The position numbers were made by a program, and so were the translations under genes. DNA of 64,000 bases. It comes from the human T2T-CHM13v2.0 reference genome, Homo sapiens. The stretch lies in NCBI RefSeq assembly GCF_009914755.1, contig NC_060934.1; one strand, 5' to 3'. Position 1 is the first letter of the stretch. Each line of letters starts with the position of its first letter. Below are positions 1-15,969 of this stretch, piece after piece. The notes under the pieces were generated by a model. The model had not been told where the DNA came from. It saw only the letters and a list, made by a program, of their open reading frames with translations, and ran no database searches.

Positions 1-144
1 CACACCTGGCTAATTTTTAATTTTTTTAGAGACAGGGTTTGGCTTTGTTGCCCAGGCTGGTCTCAAACTCCTGGCCTCAAGTGATTCTCCTACCTCCACC
101 TCCTAAATTTTTGGGATTGTAGGCGTGAGCCACTGCATCCAGCC
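1..144 (-). mobile_element. Alu (J-like) left arm, cut by window edge
   Basis: Antisense Alu motifs: ttgcccaggctggtctcaaactcctggcctcaagtgat...gtgagccactgca. Confidence 0.9.
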
Positions 145-184
145 TATGATCCATCTAGAATTAATTATATCTGTATATATATTT

Positions 185-1790
185 GTTTTATTGAGATATA
201 ATTCACATACCATAATATTCACTCCTTTAAATTACATAATTCAGTGATCTTTAGTATATTCACAAAGTTGTGCAACAATCACCACTATCTAATTCTAGGG
301 CATTTTATTCCCATGCTTATTTGCTGGAATTCCTAGTTTCTCCTCCCCTCAGCCCTAAGCAACTATTAATCTACTTTTTGTCTCTGTAGATTCTTTCACT
401 TAGCATAATATTTTCAAGGTTCATCCATTATGTAGCATGTATCAGTACTTCATGACTTTTTATGGCTGAAAAGTATTTCATTTTATGGATATATCAATTT
501 TACTTATCCATTTATCATTTGATGGACATTTGGGTTGTTTCCACTTTTTGGCTATTATGAATAATCTATGAATATTCATGTACATGTTTTTGAGTACACA
601 TATGCTTTTAATTATCTTGGGTATATATCTAGGAGTGTTGAGTTAATTTTTGTATAAGGCGTGAGGTATGGGTTGAGGTTCATTATTCTAGAACCGTTTG
701 TTGAAATGACTATCTTTTCTCCATTGAATTGCCTTTGCACATTTGTCAAAAATCAGCTGACTCTATTTGTCTGGGTCTATTTCTAGACTCTGTTCTGTTT
801 CACTGATCTACATGTCTATCTTTTTGCCAATACCATATATATATATATTTTTTTTTTTTTTGAGACAGGGTCTTGCTTTGTTGCCCATGCCAGAGTGTAG
901 TAGCACAATCAGCTCACTCATTGCAGCCTTGAACTCTCAAGCTCAAGTGATCCTCTTGCCTTAGCCTTTTAAGTAGCTGGGATTACAGGTGCAAGGCACA
1001 GCACCCAGCTCCACACTGTCTTGATTACTGTAGCTTTAGAGTAAGTCTTGAAATTGGGTGGTTTGAGTTCTTTAACATTATTTCTACTTTTTGAAATTGT
1101 TTTGGCTATTCTAGATCTTGTGCCTTTCTCATATACATTTTAGAATCAATTCGTTGTTAGTGATAATAAAAAGTATATGGAGATTTTGATTGGGGTTGCA
1201 ATGAATCTACAGATCAATTTGGGGGGAATTGTCATCTTAATATTTGATTCTTTTAATCCATAAACATGGCATATCTTTCCATTTATTTAGTTCTTCTTTG
1301 ATTTCTTTTGTCAGTATTTTGTAGTTTTCAACATACAGATCCTGCACATATTTTGGGGGTGCTGTTGTAAATGGTATTGCTTTTTTTTTTTTTTGAGATA
1401 GGGTCTCACTCTGTCACCTGGGCTGGAGTGCAGTGGTGTGATCATAGCTCACTACAGTCTTCAACTCCTGGATTCAAGTGATCCTCCCGCCTTGGCCTCC
1501 CTCAGTGCTGGGATTGAAGGCATGAGCCACTGTGCCTGACTGCAGTATTGCTTTTATTAGGTTGGTGCAAAAGCGATTGTAGTTTTTGCCATTGAAAGTC
1601 ATGGCAAAAACATCAATTACTTTTGCATCAGCCTAACAAAAATTGGAATTCCAATGTTCATTGCCACTATGTAGAAATACAATTGATTTTTTTGTATATT
1701 TGCCCTGCATCTTATGACCTTGCTAAAGTCACTTGTTAATTCTAACAGTTTTTTGGGTAGATTCTTTGGAATTTTCTATATAGGCAACAT
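185..1790 (-). mobile_element. Old L1M fragments (3' end and ORF2), interrupted by Alu monomers (~848-1010, ~1381-1541) and MADE1
   Basis: Antisense L1 3'-end phrases (gagatataattcacatacc, gatggacatttgggttgtttccac) and antisense ORF2-like T-rich sequence. Confidence 0.8.
1557..1636. mobile_element. MADE1 (Hsmar1-derived 80-bp MITE)
   Basis: Exactly 80 bp, ttaggttggtgcaaaa...ttttgcatcagcctaa; near-palindromic TIRs; preceded by TA. Confidence 0.92.
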
Positions 1791-2220
1791 ATCATTTCGG
1801 TTTTACAGACATCTTTACCATTCCTTTAGCTCTTCATTCTTTTCTGAATATCTGTGATCTTAATCTGGTTATTTTCCTTCTGCCTGCAGATCTTTCTTTC
1901 TTTCTTTCTTTTCTTGATATAAGTGTGCTGGTTATAAATGCTTCAACTTTTGCTTGGCTGGAAATGTCTTTATTTTCCATTTATTTTGGGAAGATATTTT
2001 TACAAAATATATAATGATGAGTTGGCAATTATTTTTAACTTAGGACTTTCCAGATATCTTTCATTGTTCTGGCCTTCATTGTTTTTGTTGAGAAGTAAGT
2101 TATTGCTACTACTTTGAAGGCAATCTTCCTTTTTTTTTGTTTGACTTTTAAAATGTTTATTGTTTTATTTTTTTTTCTTGACACATAATTAATTGTACAT
2201 ATTTATGGGGTACAGTGTGA

Positions 2221-2502
2221 TTTTTTTTTCAGACAAAGTCTCGCTGTGTGCCATCTCAGCTCACTACAACCTCTGCCCCCTGGGTTCAAGTGATTCTTGT
2301 GCCTCAGCCTCCTGAGTAGCTGGGATTACAGGCTCATGCCACCATGCCTGGCTAATTTTTATTTATTTATTTTTATTTTTTTAGTAGAGACACGATTTCA
2401 CCATGTTGGCCAGGCTGGTCTCCAACTCCTGACCTCAGGTGATCCTCCCACCTCGGCCTCCAAAGTGCTGGGATTACAGGCATGAGCCACCACACTCAGC
2501 CC
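2221..2502 (-). mobile_element. AluS inside L1
   Basis: Dimeric Alu, antisense; flanked by cagtgtg-like duplication. Confidence 0.9.
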
Positions 2503-4264
2503 AGTGTGGTATTTTTGATACATGTATACAATGTGTGATGATCAAATCATGGTAATTAGCATTCCATCACTTCAAACATTTATTATTTCTTTGTGTTAGG
2601 AACATTCAAAATCTGCTTTTCTAGCTATTTGAAAATAGACAACAAATTGTTGTTAATTATACTTACCCTGTAGTGCTTTAGAATGTTAGAACTTATTCCT
2701 CCTGTCTAGCTCTACTTTGATATCTGTTAACCAACCTTTGGCTATTCCCACCCACCCTGCCCCTGGCCCCTACCCTTCCCTACCCTTAGGAATCACTATT
2801 CTACTATTCTGCTCTCTACCTCTGTGAAATCAACCCTTTTAGATTTTACAAATGAGTGAAAACATTTAGTATTTGTATTTCTGTGTCTGGCTTATTTCAC
2901 TTAACATAATGTCCTCCAGGCACATCCGTGTTGCCATGAAAAACAGGCTTTTTCTTTTTATGGCTCAATAGTATTCCATTATGTAGATGTAACATATTTT
3001 CTTTATCCATTCATATGTTGGTAGACACTTAAATAGATTATATATCTTGGCCATTGTGAATGGTACTGCAATAAACATGGGAGTGCAGATAATCTCTTTG
3101 ACATACTGATTTCCTTTTCTTTGGATATACCCAGTAGTGGAATTGCTGGATTATATGGTAGTTCTATTTGTAGTTTTTTGAGGAAGCTACATACTGTTTT
3201 CCATAATGGCTGTCCTAATTTACTTTTCCACTAACCGTGTGTAATAGTTCCTTTTCTCTGCATCTTCACCAGCATTTTTAAAAAAATCTTTTTGATAATA
3301 GCCATTCTAACTGGGGTGAGATGATATCTTATTGTGATTTTGATTTGCATTTCTCTGGTAATTAGTGATGCTGAACATTTAAAAAATATACCTGTTGACC
3401 ATTTGTATGCTGTCTTTTGAGAGATGTCTATTCAGCTCATTTGCCCATTTAAAAATCAAATAATAATAATTATTATTATTTTGCTGTTCAGTTGTTTGAG
3501 TTCCTTGTGTATTCTAGATATCTTGTCAGATAATAGTTTGAAAATGTTTTCTACAATTCTTCAAGTTGTCTCTTCACTCTGTTAATTGTTTCCTTTGCTG
3601 TGCAGGGGCTTTTTAGTTTGATGTAATATCATTTGTCTATTTTTGCGTGTTGCTTATGCTTTTGAGGTCTTCTCCATAAAAACTTTGCCCAGACCAATGT
3701 CTGGAAGCATTTCCTTTATGTTTTCTTCTAGTAGTTTCATCATTTTGGGTCTTACATGTAAGTCTTTAATTTATTTTAATTTTTTATATGGTGAGAGATA
3801 AGTGTCTAGTTTCATTTATTCTGCATGTGGATATCTAGTTTTCCTAACACCATTTATTGAAGAAACTCTCCTTTCCCCAGTGAGTGTTCTTGGCACCTGT
3901 GTTGAAAATCAGTTGGCTGTAAACACATATATTTATTTCTGGGTTCTTATTCTGTTCCATTGACCTATATGTTTGTTTTCTGCTGTTATGCCAGTACCAT
4001 GCTGTTTTGGTTGCTATAGCTTGTAGGATATTTTGAATTCTGGTATTATGATGCCTCCAGCTTTGTTCTTTTTGTTCAGGATTGTTTTGGCTATTTGGGG
4101 TCTTCTGCGGTTCCATACAAGTTTTAGGATTTTTTTTTCTATTTCTATGGAGAATGTTATTGATATTTTGAGAGGGATTGCATTAAATCTGTAGATTGCT
4201 TTTGGCAGTATGGTCATTATCACAATATTAATTCTCCCAATCCATGAACATGAAATGTCTTTTC

Positions 4265-4670
<406 letters not shown>

Positions 4671-4889
4671 TGATTTTTTTGTGTAGCTATTGTGAATGGG
4701 ATTGCTTTCTTAATTTCTTTCTTGGCTAGTTTATTATTGCTGTATGGAAACACTACTGATTTTTGTGTGTTGATTTTGTATCCTGCAACTTTGCTGAATT
4801 CATTTATCTGTTCTAAGAGTTTTTTTGGTGGCACTTTCAGGGTTTTTTTTTCTTTTTTCTCTTTTTCATTGAGACTATCATAAAACAGC

Positions 4890-5400
<511 letters not shown>

Positions 5401-6907
5401 TAGGACTTCCAGTACTATACTGAGTAGAAGTGGTGCAAGTGGGCAACCTTGTCTTGTTCCATATCTTAGAGGATCTTTTCCCTGTTCGGTATGATGTTGG
5501 CTGTGGGTTTGTCATTTATGGTCTTTATTGGTTAAGGTATGTTCCTTCTATACCTAACTTATTGAGAGCTTTAATTATGAATGAATGTTGAGTTTTATCA
5601 AATGCTTTCTCTGCATCTATTGAGATGATCATATGGTTTTTGTCCTTCATTCTGTTGATGTGATGTACCACATTTATTGACCTGCTGATATCAAATCATC
5701 CTTGCATCCAGGGGTTGCATGGTCACTTGATCATGGTGAATGATCTTTTTATTGGGCTGCTGGATTTGGCTTGCTAATGTTTTATTGAGTATTTTGCATC
5801 TGTCTTCATCAGGGAGATTGGCTGAGAGCTTTGGTTGTTGTGTCTTTGTCTGGTTTTGGTGTCAGGGTAATCTTGGCCTCATAGAATGAGTTTGGAAGAA
5901 TTCCTTCCTCTTCCATTTTCTGGAAGAGGTTGAGAAGAATTAGTATCGGTTCTTCTTTACAGGTTTGGTAGAATTCTGCTGTTAAGCCATTGGGTCCTGG
6001 GCCTTTCTTTGATGGGAGGCTTTTATTACAGATTGAATCTTGTTACTTGTAATTGGTCTATTCAGGCTTTTTATTTCTTCTTGAGTCAATCTTGGTAGGT
6101 TGTATGTGTCCAGGAATTTATCTGCTTCCACTAAGTTTTCTAATTTGTTGGCATATAGTTGTTTGTAATAGTCTCTAATGATCCTTTGTATTTCTGTGGT
6201 ATCAGTTGTAATACCTTTTTGATTTTTGATTTTATTTATTTGAATCTTTTCCTTTTTTTTCTTGGTTTGTTTAGCTAATGGTTTGTACATTCAATTTATG
6301 TTTTTAAAAAACAAATTTTCATTTTGTTAATATATTGTATTTTTTGGCCTTAATTTCATTTATTTCTGCTCTGACCTTTATTATTTCTTTGCTTCTACTA
6401 ATTTTGGGGTTGGTTTATGCTTGCTTTTCTAGTTCCTTGAGATGCATTGTTAGGTTTTTTATTTGAACTTTTTCTACTTTTTTGATGTTGGGATGTATTG
6501 CTATTAAATTCCCTCAGCACTGCTTTTGCTGTATCCTATAGGTTTTGATATGTTGTGTTTTTAAAACTTTCTTCTTAATTTCTTCATTGACCTATGTTGT
6601 TTAATTTTCAGGTATTTGTACAGTTTCAAATGTTCCTCTTGTTATTGATTTTTAGTTTTATTTCATTGTGGTCAGAAAAGACACTTGATATGATTTCAAT
6701 TGTTTTACATTTGTTGAGACTTGCTTTGTGGCCAAACATGTGGTCTATTCTGGAGAATGTTCCATGTGCTGATGAAAAGAATATGCATTCTGCAGCTTTT
6801 GGATGAAATGTTCTGTAAATGTCTGTTAGGTCCATTTGGCCTAAAGTGCAGTTAAAATCCAGTGTTTCTTTGTTGGCTTTCTGTCTAGATGATTTGTCCA
6901 ATGCTAA

Positions 6908-7315
<408 letters not shown>

Positions 7316-7986
7316 CTGTATCTTCCTTTATATCTAATAATATTTGCTTGATATAGCAGGTGCTCCAGTGTTGGGTGCATGTATATTAACAATTGTTATA
7401 CCCTATTGTTGAATTGATCCCTTTATCCTTATATAATGATACTTTTGTCTCTTTTTACTGTTTTTGACTTAAAGTTTGTTTTATCTAAGTATAGCTACTT
7501 CTGCTTGCTTCTGGTTTCTGTTTTTCTTGGAATATCTTTTTCTAGCCCTTCACCTTCAGTCTATGTTTCTGACTGTTTTTAAAGGTTTTTCTTTGTCTTT
7601 GAGCAGTTTTACTCTGATGTGCCAAAAGTGTGGGTGTAGTTTTCTTGTATTTATTCTACTTGGATGTCTTAGCATTTTTTGAATTAGTGGCTCGATGTTT
7701 TTTGTTTTTGGAAAATTCATAGTCAATAATCTCTTTAAATATTACTTTTGCTCTATTTTCTCTCACCTCACCTTCTGAGACTTCAATTACACATATGTTA
7801 TGCCTTTTCACTGTGTTCCAAATCTTTAATTTTGTTTTCTTTTTTTCTCCTTTTGTTTCAGCTTGTATGTTTCCTACTGATATTTTTTAGCTTTCTAATT
7901 CTCTCTTCAGCTGTGTCTACTCTGCTGTTAAGCCTATCTATCTATTTCTTAATGTCAGTTATTGTGTTTTTCAGTTTAAATTTTTC

Positions 7987-10287
7987 TTTTTTTTTTTTTA
8001 ATTTATTTTTTTATTGATAATTCTTGGGTGTTTCTCACAGAGGGGGATTTGGCAGGGTCATGGGACAATAGTGGAGGGAAGGTCAGCAGATAAACAAGTG
8101 AACAAAGGTCTCTGGTTTTCCTAGGCAGAGGACCCTGCGGCCTTCCGCAGTGTTTGTGTCCCTGATTACTTGAGATTAGGGATTGGTGATGACTCTTAAC
8201 GAGCATGCTGCCTTCAAGCATCTGTTTAATAAAGCACATCTTGCACCGCCCTTAATCCATTTAACCCTGAGTGGACACAGCACATGTTTCAGAGAGCACC
8301 GGGTTGGGGGTAAGGTCACAGATCAACAGGATCCCAAGGCAGAGGAATTTTTCTTAGTGCAGAACAAAATGAAAAGTCTCCCATGTCTACTTCTTTCTAC
8401 ACAGACATGGCAACCATCCGAATTCTCAATCTTTTCCCCACCTTTCCCGCCTTTCTATTCCACAAAGCCGCCATTGTCATCCTGGCCCGTTCTCAATGAG
8501 CTGTTGGGCACACCTCCCAGACGGGGTGGTGGCCGGGCAGAGGGGCTCCTCACTTCCCAGTAGGGGCGGCCGGGCAGAGGCGCCCCTCACCTCCCAGACG
8601 GGGCGGCTGGCCGGGCGGGGGGCTGACCCCCCAACCTCCCTCCTGGACGGGGCGGCTGGCCGGGCAGAGGGGCTCCTCACTTCCCAGTAGGGGTGGCCGG
8701 GCAGAGGTGCCCCTCACCTCCCGGACGGGGCGGCTGGCCGGGCAGGGGGGCTGACCCCCCCCACCTCCCTCCCGGACGGGGCGGCTGGCCGGGCGGGGGG
8801 CTGACACCCCCACCTCCCTCCCGGACGGGGCGGCTGGCTGGGCAGAGGGGCTCCTCACTTCCCAGTAGGGGCGGCCGGGCAGAGGCGCCCCTCACCTCCC
8901 GGACGGGGCGGCTGGCCGGGCGGGGGGGCTGACCCCCCCCCCACCTCCCTCCCGGACGGGGCGGCTGGCCGGGTAGGGGGGCTGACCCCCCCCCCACCTC
9001 CCTCCCGGACGGGGCGGCTGGCCGGGCAGAGGGGCTCCTCACTTCCCAGTAGGGGCGGCCGGGCAGAGGCGCCCCTCACCTCCCGGACGGGGCGGCTGGC
9101 CGGGCGGGGGGGCTGAACCCCCCCCACCTCCCTCCCGGACGGGGCGGCTGGCCGGGCGGGGGGCTGACCCCCCCCCCACCTCCCTCCCGGACGGGGCGGC
9201 TGGCCGGGCAGGGGGGCTGACCCCCCCCCCACCTCCCTCCCGGACGGGGCGGCTGGCCGGGCAGAGGGGCTCCTCACTTCCCAGTAGGGGCGGCCGGGCA
9301 GAGGCGCCCCTCACCTCCCAGACGGGGCGGCTGGCCGGGTGGAGGGCTGACTCCCCCACCTCCCTCCCGGACGGGGCGGCTGGCCAGGCGGGGGGCTGAC
9401 CCCCCCACCTCCCTCCCGGACGGGGTGGCTGGCCGGGCTGAGGGGCTCCTCACTTCCCAGTAGGGGCGGCCGGGCAGAGGCGCCCCTCACCTCCCGGACG
9501 GGGCAGCTGGCCGGGCGGGGGGCTGACCCCCCCACCTTCCTCCCGGACGGCACGGCTGGCCAGGCGGGGGGCTGACCCCCCCACCTCCCTCCGGGACGGC
9601 ACGGCTGGCCAGGCGGGGGGCTGACCCCCCCACCTCCCTCCCGGACGGGGCGGCTGGCCGGGTGGGGGGCTGACCCCCCCACCTTCCTCCCGGACGGGGT
9701 GGCTGCCAGGCGGAGACGCTCCTCACTTCCCAGATGGGGTGGCTGCCGGGTGGAGAGGCTCCTCACTTCTCAGACGGGGCAGCTGCCGGGCGGAGGGGCT
9801 CCTCACTTCTCAGACGGGGTGGTTGCCAGGCAGAGGGTCTCCTCACTTCTCAGACGGGGCGGCCGGGCAGAGACGCTCCTGACCTCCCAGACGGGGTCTC
9901 GGCCGGGCAGAGGCGCTCCTCACATCCCAGATGGGGCGGCGGGGCAGAGGCGCTCCCCACATCTCAGACGATGGGCGGCCCGGCAGAGACGCTCCTCACT
10001 TCCTAGATGTGATGGTGGCCGGGAAGAGGCGCTCCTCACTTCCTAGATGGGATGGCGGCCGGGCGGAGACGCTCCTCACTTTCCAGACTGGGCAGCCAGG
10101 CAGAGGGGCTCCTCACATCCCAGACGATGGGCGGCCAGGCAGAGACACTCCTCACTTCCCAGACGGGGTGGCGGCCGGGCAGAGGCTGCAATCTCGGCAC
10201 TTTGGGAGGCCAAGGCAGGCGGCTGCTCCTTGCCCTCGGGCCCCGCGGGGCCCGTCCGCTCCTCCAGCCGCTGCCTCCCGGGCGGCC
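7987..10287 (-). mobile_element. SVA_F1 (MAST2-SVA) retrotransposon, 5'-truncated within the MAST2 segment
   Basis: Poly-A remnant ~7987-8012, SINE-R ~8012-8505, GC-rich VNTR ~8505-10180, short Alu-like remnant ~10180-10222, MAST2 exon-1 sequence 10223-10286, no CCCTCT hexamer; TSD TAAATTTTTC at 7977-7986 and 10288-10297. Confidence 0.95.
10223..10286 (-). other. Captured 3' part of MAST2 exon 1 within the SVA (not a MAST2 gene)
   Basis: Minus strand reads ccg ccc ggg agg cag cgg ctg gag gag cgg acg ggc ccc gcg ggg ccc gag ggc aag gag cag = PPGRQRLEERTGPAGPEGKEQ, the MAST2 N-terminal peptide, joined directly to SVA CCGCCTGCCTTGGCCTCCCAAAG. Confidence 0.92.
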
Positions 10288-11057
10288 TAAATTTTTCAAT
10301 TGATTATTTTTAACAACATATTTAAGTTCTCTGTTGAAATTCTCCACTTGGAATTAATTTTCTTTAATGTATTAATGACATTTTAAAAAACTGTATCTGA
10401 GAACTCCCATGTATAAGTCACCTAGAAGTCTATTTTTATTATTTAGTCTTTCTCTGGTTTTTGGTCACTTGGTCTTGTCCCCTGGTAAGTCTTATAATTT
10501 CTTATTAAATGCTGGACATTGTGGATAAGAAATTATAGTGCAGATTTGAGGCTCTAGATAACACTTTCTTCCTCCAGAGAGGATTTTCTTTTGTCTCAGG
10601 GTCAAATTGCATCTCATCTTGGATCGGGCTGGTTTAAATCTGTGCTTCAGCTTTTGCAATGGCTGATTTATTTATATATTCTAGAAATAAGGTTAGGCCT
10701 TATTTTAAAACTATATCCCATTAGGAGTCCCAGTGCAAAGCTGGAGATGCTTGCTAGGTTCCTTTGCTTATGCCAGCCCAGAAGTCTTTTTTGTTTTCTC
10801 TAACCCTGAGTCCCAGGAGACTGCTGAAATCTCTGCTCAGCTTCTGGATCCTTCAACTGTTTGTGTGCAAATCTGCAAATTACTTCTGGAGAAAAATGCA
10901 GTCAGATGTCTGCTTCACATGAATGACCTCATTTTTCTTCATGATCTTTGTCTTCATTTCCCTGTTAACTTTTCTTCATTTTCAAACCAGATTTCCTAGT
11001 TGGTTTTGGCAAGGAGGTCGGTCTGATATGAGGCAATCCACCATATCCAGAAGCAAA

Positions 11058-11290
11058 ATTAAGAGTATGGACTTTGGAATCAAACTTCCAGGATTCAAAT
11101 CTCAGTTCCATCATTTACTTGCATTGTGATCATGAGCAAGGTATTAACTTTTCTGAGCCTCAGTTTTCATATCTCTAAAATGTGGATAATACAGTATCCA
11201 CTGCCTTATAGGGTTGTTGTCATAATTTAGAATGTGTGTGTGTGTGTATGTGTGTAAACTTAGAAAAGTGCCCAGAACACTGAGATGCAA
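11058..11290 (+). mobile_element. MIR
   Basis: ttaagagtatggactttggaatc...ctgagcctcagttttcatatctctaaaatgtggataata (MIR core). Confidence 0.85.
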
Positions 11291-11429
11291 AAAATGCTAT
11301 ATTGGCGTTTGCTATCATTATTTTTATTTGACTAAATTTTCCTTCCAATTATTTTCCATTGTATAATTTCAGTGACACATCCTTAATAGGCCTCCACTGG
11401 CTACTGGATAAAGTCCAAACTCTACATCT

Positions 11430-11602
11430 GCTGTTCTCAGCCCTGGTAGAATAGCAGGGTAATCTGTGGTGCTTTTAAAACTCTTGAGAACCCAGCCAAA
11501 CCAGGCCAATTACATTAGAATTTTTGAGATAGGATCTAGAAATCAGTAGTTCTAAGAGACCCCCAGGTGATTTCAATGTTCAGCCAAGATTGAAAACCTC
11601 TG
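11430..11602. mobile_element. MER5A-type hAT-Charlie MITE
   Basis: Ends ...ccaggtgatttcaatgttcagccaagattgaaaacctctg. Confidence 0.7.
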
Positions 11603-12569
11603 GCTTTCAAGATCACTAACAGTCTAGCCCCAACCTATCTTTCTAACCATAATTCTCCTTTATCCCAACATGAGCATTTCCTTGTAGCAAGCCTATCTAT
11701 TCAAGGTCCAGACTTCCACCTATATGATCTCCTGGTGGCTCATGCAAGGCTCAGAAGCTGATGGTTTATCTCTTCTCCCTCCCTTCCATGGTGGTGTGGG
11801 TGGGGACACAGGCATGAACCTCTGTCTTTGTCCCTCCCTCCTGGCCTTCATTTCCAGTTCACCATAACTTGAATCTGTTTCATAGCAATGTTTCCCATGT
11901 GTTCTTTTGTTTTCTGTTCTTCTACTCATCCTTCCAGACCTTTTGCTGAAGACTTTTAACCTTTCTCTGTTCAAGACTAAGACATCTCCCATTCCTCACT
12001 AGAAACACACTTTTCATCTATTTCCCTGACATTATCAACTGGCAGCATGGCATGGTAGCTAGTTTCCAATCATAAGACTGGAGAAACCTGGCCTGCCCTC
12101 AGGAACTGACTTTGGCCAACATCATTCTCATTTCTACTTCTGTTTCTTTGGGCTACCTTATTGGCCTAGAATATCTCTACTCCTTCCTGTCTGTCTGCTA
12201 ATTTGCAGTCTATTCCACCTCAAAGTTTCACTTCTTCTATTACACCTACTAAGCATCTCCAATGCAAACTGTTCTTCTGCTTTTCCTGTGCTTCTACTCA
12301 CCCTGTCTATTCACAATTTTAGGTCCAAATTACATGTTCCAATGGAGGACTTGGAAACACATTAGAAACTCAATATTTAATACTTCCTTGTTAGACCTAT
12401 ACAGAATTGTCAAAAAAAAAAAAAAAGCCTAAGCTGAAAATTCCCAAAACTGATTTTCAAATCATCATCGTTATTATTATTATTATTTGCCTTAGAAGTG
12501 AGGCACATTTGCTAAATGTTAGGGAGCTCTGGAAAGGAGCATGGGTTGGTAGGAATAGGGTAGGGAATT

Positions 12570-13756
<1,187 letters not shown>

Positions 13757-14918
13757 GGACTGATGAAGCAGAAAGCCAGAGAACCAATAAGGAAAGGACC
13801 ACTTAGGTTCAGTGGACCAGTGGCTTGCAGAGCAAAAGCACCCTTCAGGATCACCTAATCTAGCCCTTTTATTCTTTGGATTGGAACACCAATACCTAGA
13901 GAGGGGAAGGGAATTTATAACTAATCTTCTATACATTCACCCTGGGCCAGATGTTGTACTAAATGCTTATGGAGAATATAGAGATAAATAAGACCCAGCA
14001 TCTGCCCTTAGGATTTTATTACCCATGCATCCAAGGTCCGTGGAAGTTTATCTTAAGAAAATAGCTACTTAATCCTTGGAAATTATAGAATTGTGTGCTA
14101 GAAATGGACCTCAGAGATCAAATGTTCCAGTGTTTCTTAAGAATAGAAACAGTGACTTTAGATGACATGTAGACCAACATTTTAAATTGTAATCATAACG
14201 TCTTTATGTTAATGTTACCTTCTACTTATGGCAAATGATGCTATATTCCCTGCATTACAATGACATAAAGTTTCCTTCTGCCCTCTTTCCCTCACTCTCT
14301 CTTTTTTCCTTTTTTCACCTTGCATTTATGGAACACTTACTGTAGAAGACAACAGACGATGGTACTTAAGGCTTTGGCTTTGGAAAAAGAGATACCTGGA
14401 TTCTGATCCTGAAGTCTCTCACTTAAACTTTACAAGTCTCACTTTCTCATCAGATAAGTAAGGAGAAATATATTATTTAAATGACATCATGTGTGTAAAG
14501 TGCTTAACAGAGGGCCCATAACATTGTAAGGATCTAATTGATGTTAGCAATTATAAAATTAACCCTTTTCTGGTCCAAGGGGAGAGGGGATTTCTGGTAA
14601 GGGGAGCTGGGCCTTGTTTCCCTGACCTCTCTGGGGAGTGGCAGCAGTGCTCAGGGCCCTCATCCCTCTCCTCCTCTCTCCTGGGACTTTTGAGAGTCTG
14701 GGAAGGTGCCTGAGATCTGGAACTTTCTGGAGAGAGAGCAAATGGATACAGAAAGTAAAGGAAATAATGGAAGGTGTCGCCATAGGGACATGCCTGTGGG
14801 AATCATCCATTCTTTGGAGAAGGAACACACACAGATTGGGCACCAGCGGTGTGCCCTGCTTCGAGAATCTTGCAGGGAGTGAGGCAGCTGCAATAGTTCC
14901 TATTCTGTCTCTACCCTA

Positions 14919-15377
<459 letters not shown>

Positions 15378-15969
15378 TCAGAAGAGGAAAATGGGGGCTA
15401 GAGTCAGGCATTCAGATGGCCAAAGGCACCGGGTCACTTGGCAGTACATGAGAGGGGAGCTTCGGAAAGAAGATGGGAGAGCCTCCAAAACACTTATTAG
15501 CTCATAAAATGTCACCTGAGATAACCTCTGAATGTTTAGAAAACTGCTTGTTGTATGCCACCAGTGGTAGACATTCAAGGTGCTGTGACACGCTGGTGGG
15601 GGAGATATTTTGTCAAGAGCTAAAGAGAGAGCCCAGTGATAGGTGCCTATTCTGCCAACACACGGGTGGGTGTCGCCAGCGAGGAGCCAAGCCACCTGTG
15701 CCTTGGTGATGCCCCAAGGAGGCGGAGTCCCTGGGGGAAAAGTAGATTGGGGGGCAAAGGCGAATGGTATGGTAGAAGATGGTTTTATACATCTTGATGC
15801 TATTTAAGTTATGAAGACATAGCCTATAGGTCTTTTGCCAACCAACCATTGATTCGTCATGGGAAATGGGTTGTGAGACTCTCTGGTTCAGAATGTTTTT
15901 CTGGGCCACCTCTCTGCTTAGACTAGGGAGTGAAAACAAGTGACATAGATTTAAAATAATAATAATAAA

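Larger units (their letters stand above)
7570..11010 (-). mobile_element. Ancient L1M ORF1/5' region, host of the SVA (7570-7986 and 10288-~11010)
   Basis: Minus-strand peptide ENFNRELKYVVKNNQLK resembles the L1M ORF1p coiled coil; T-rich antisense L1 composition. Confidence 0.6.

Noticed and set aside
7987-8015. 3' transduction expected for some SVA_F1 lineages
   Set aside because: SINE-R poly-A runs straight into the TSD with no transduced sequence
8505-10180. Repeat array superficially like CRISPR or a CpG-island promoter
   Set aside because: Tandem SVA VNTR units without unique spacers; eukaryotic context, no cas genes
8183-10347. Many overlapping Pro/Gly/Arg-rich ORFs
   Set aside because: Open frames of the GC-rich SVA VNTR and SINE-R; ORF 10036-10347 crosses the MAST2 segment in a non-MAST2 frame
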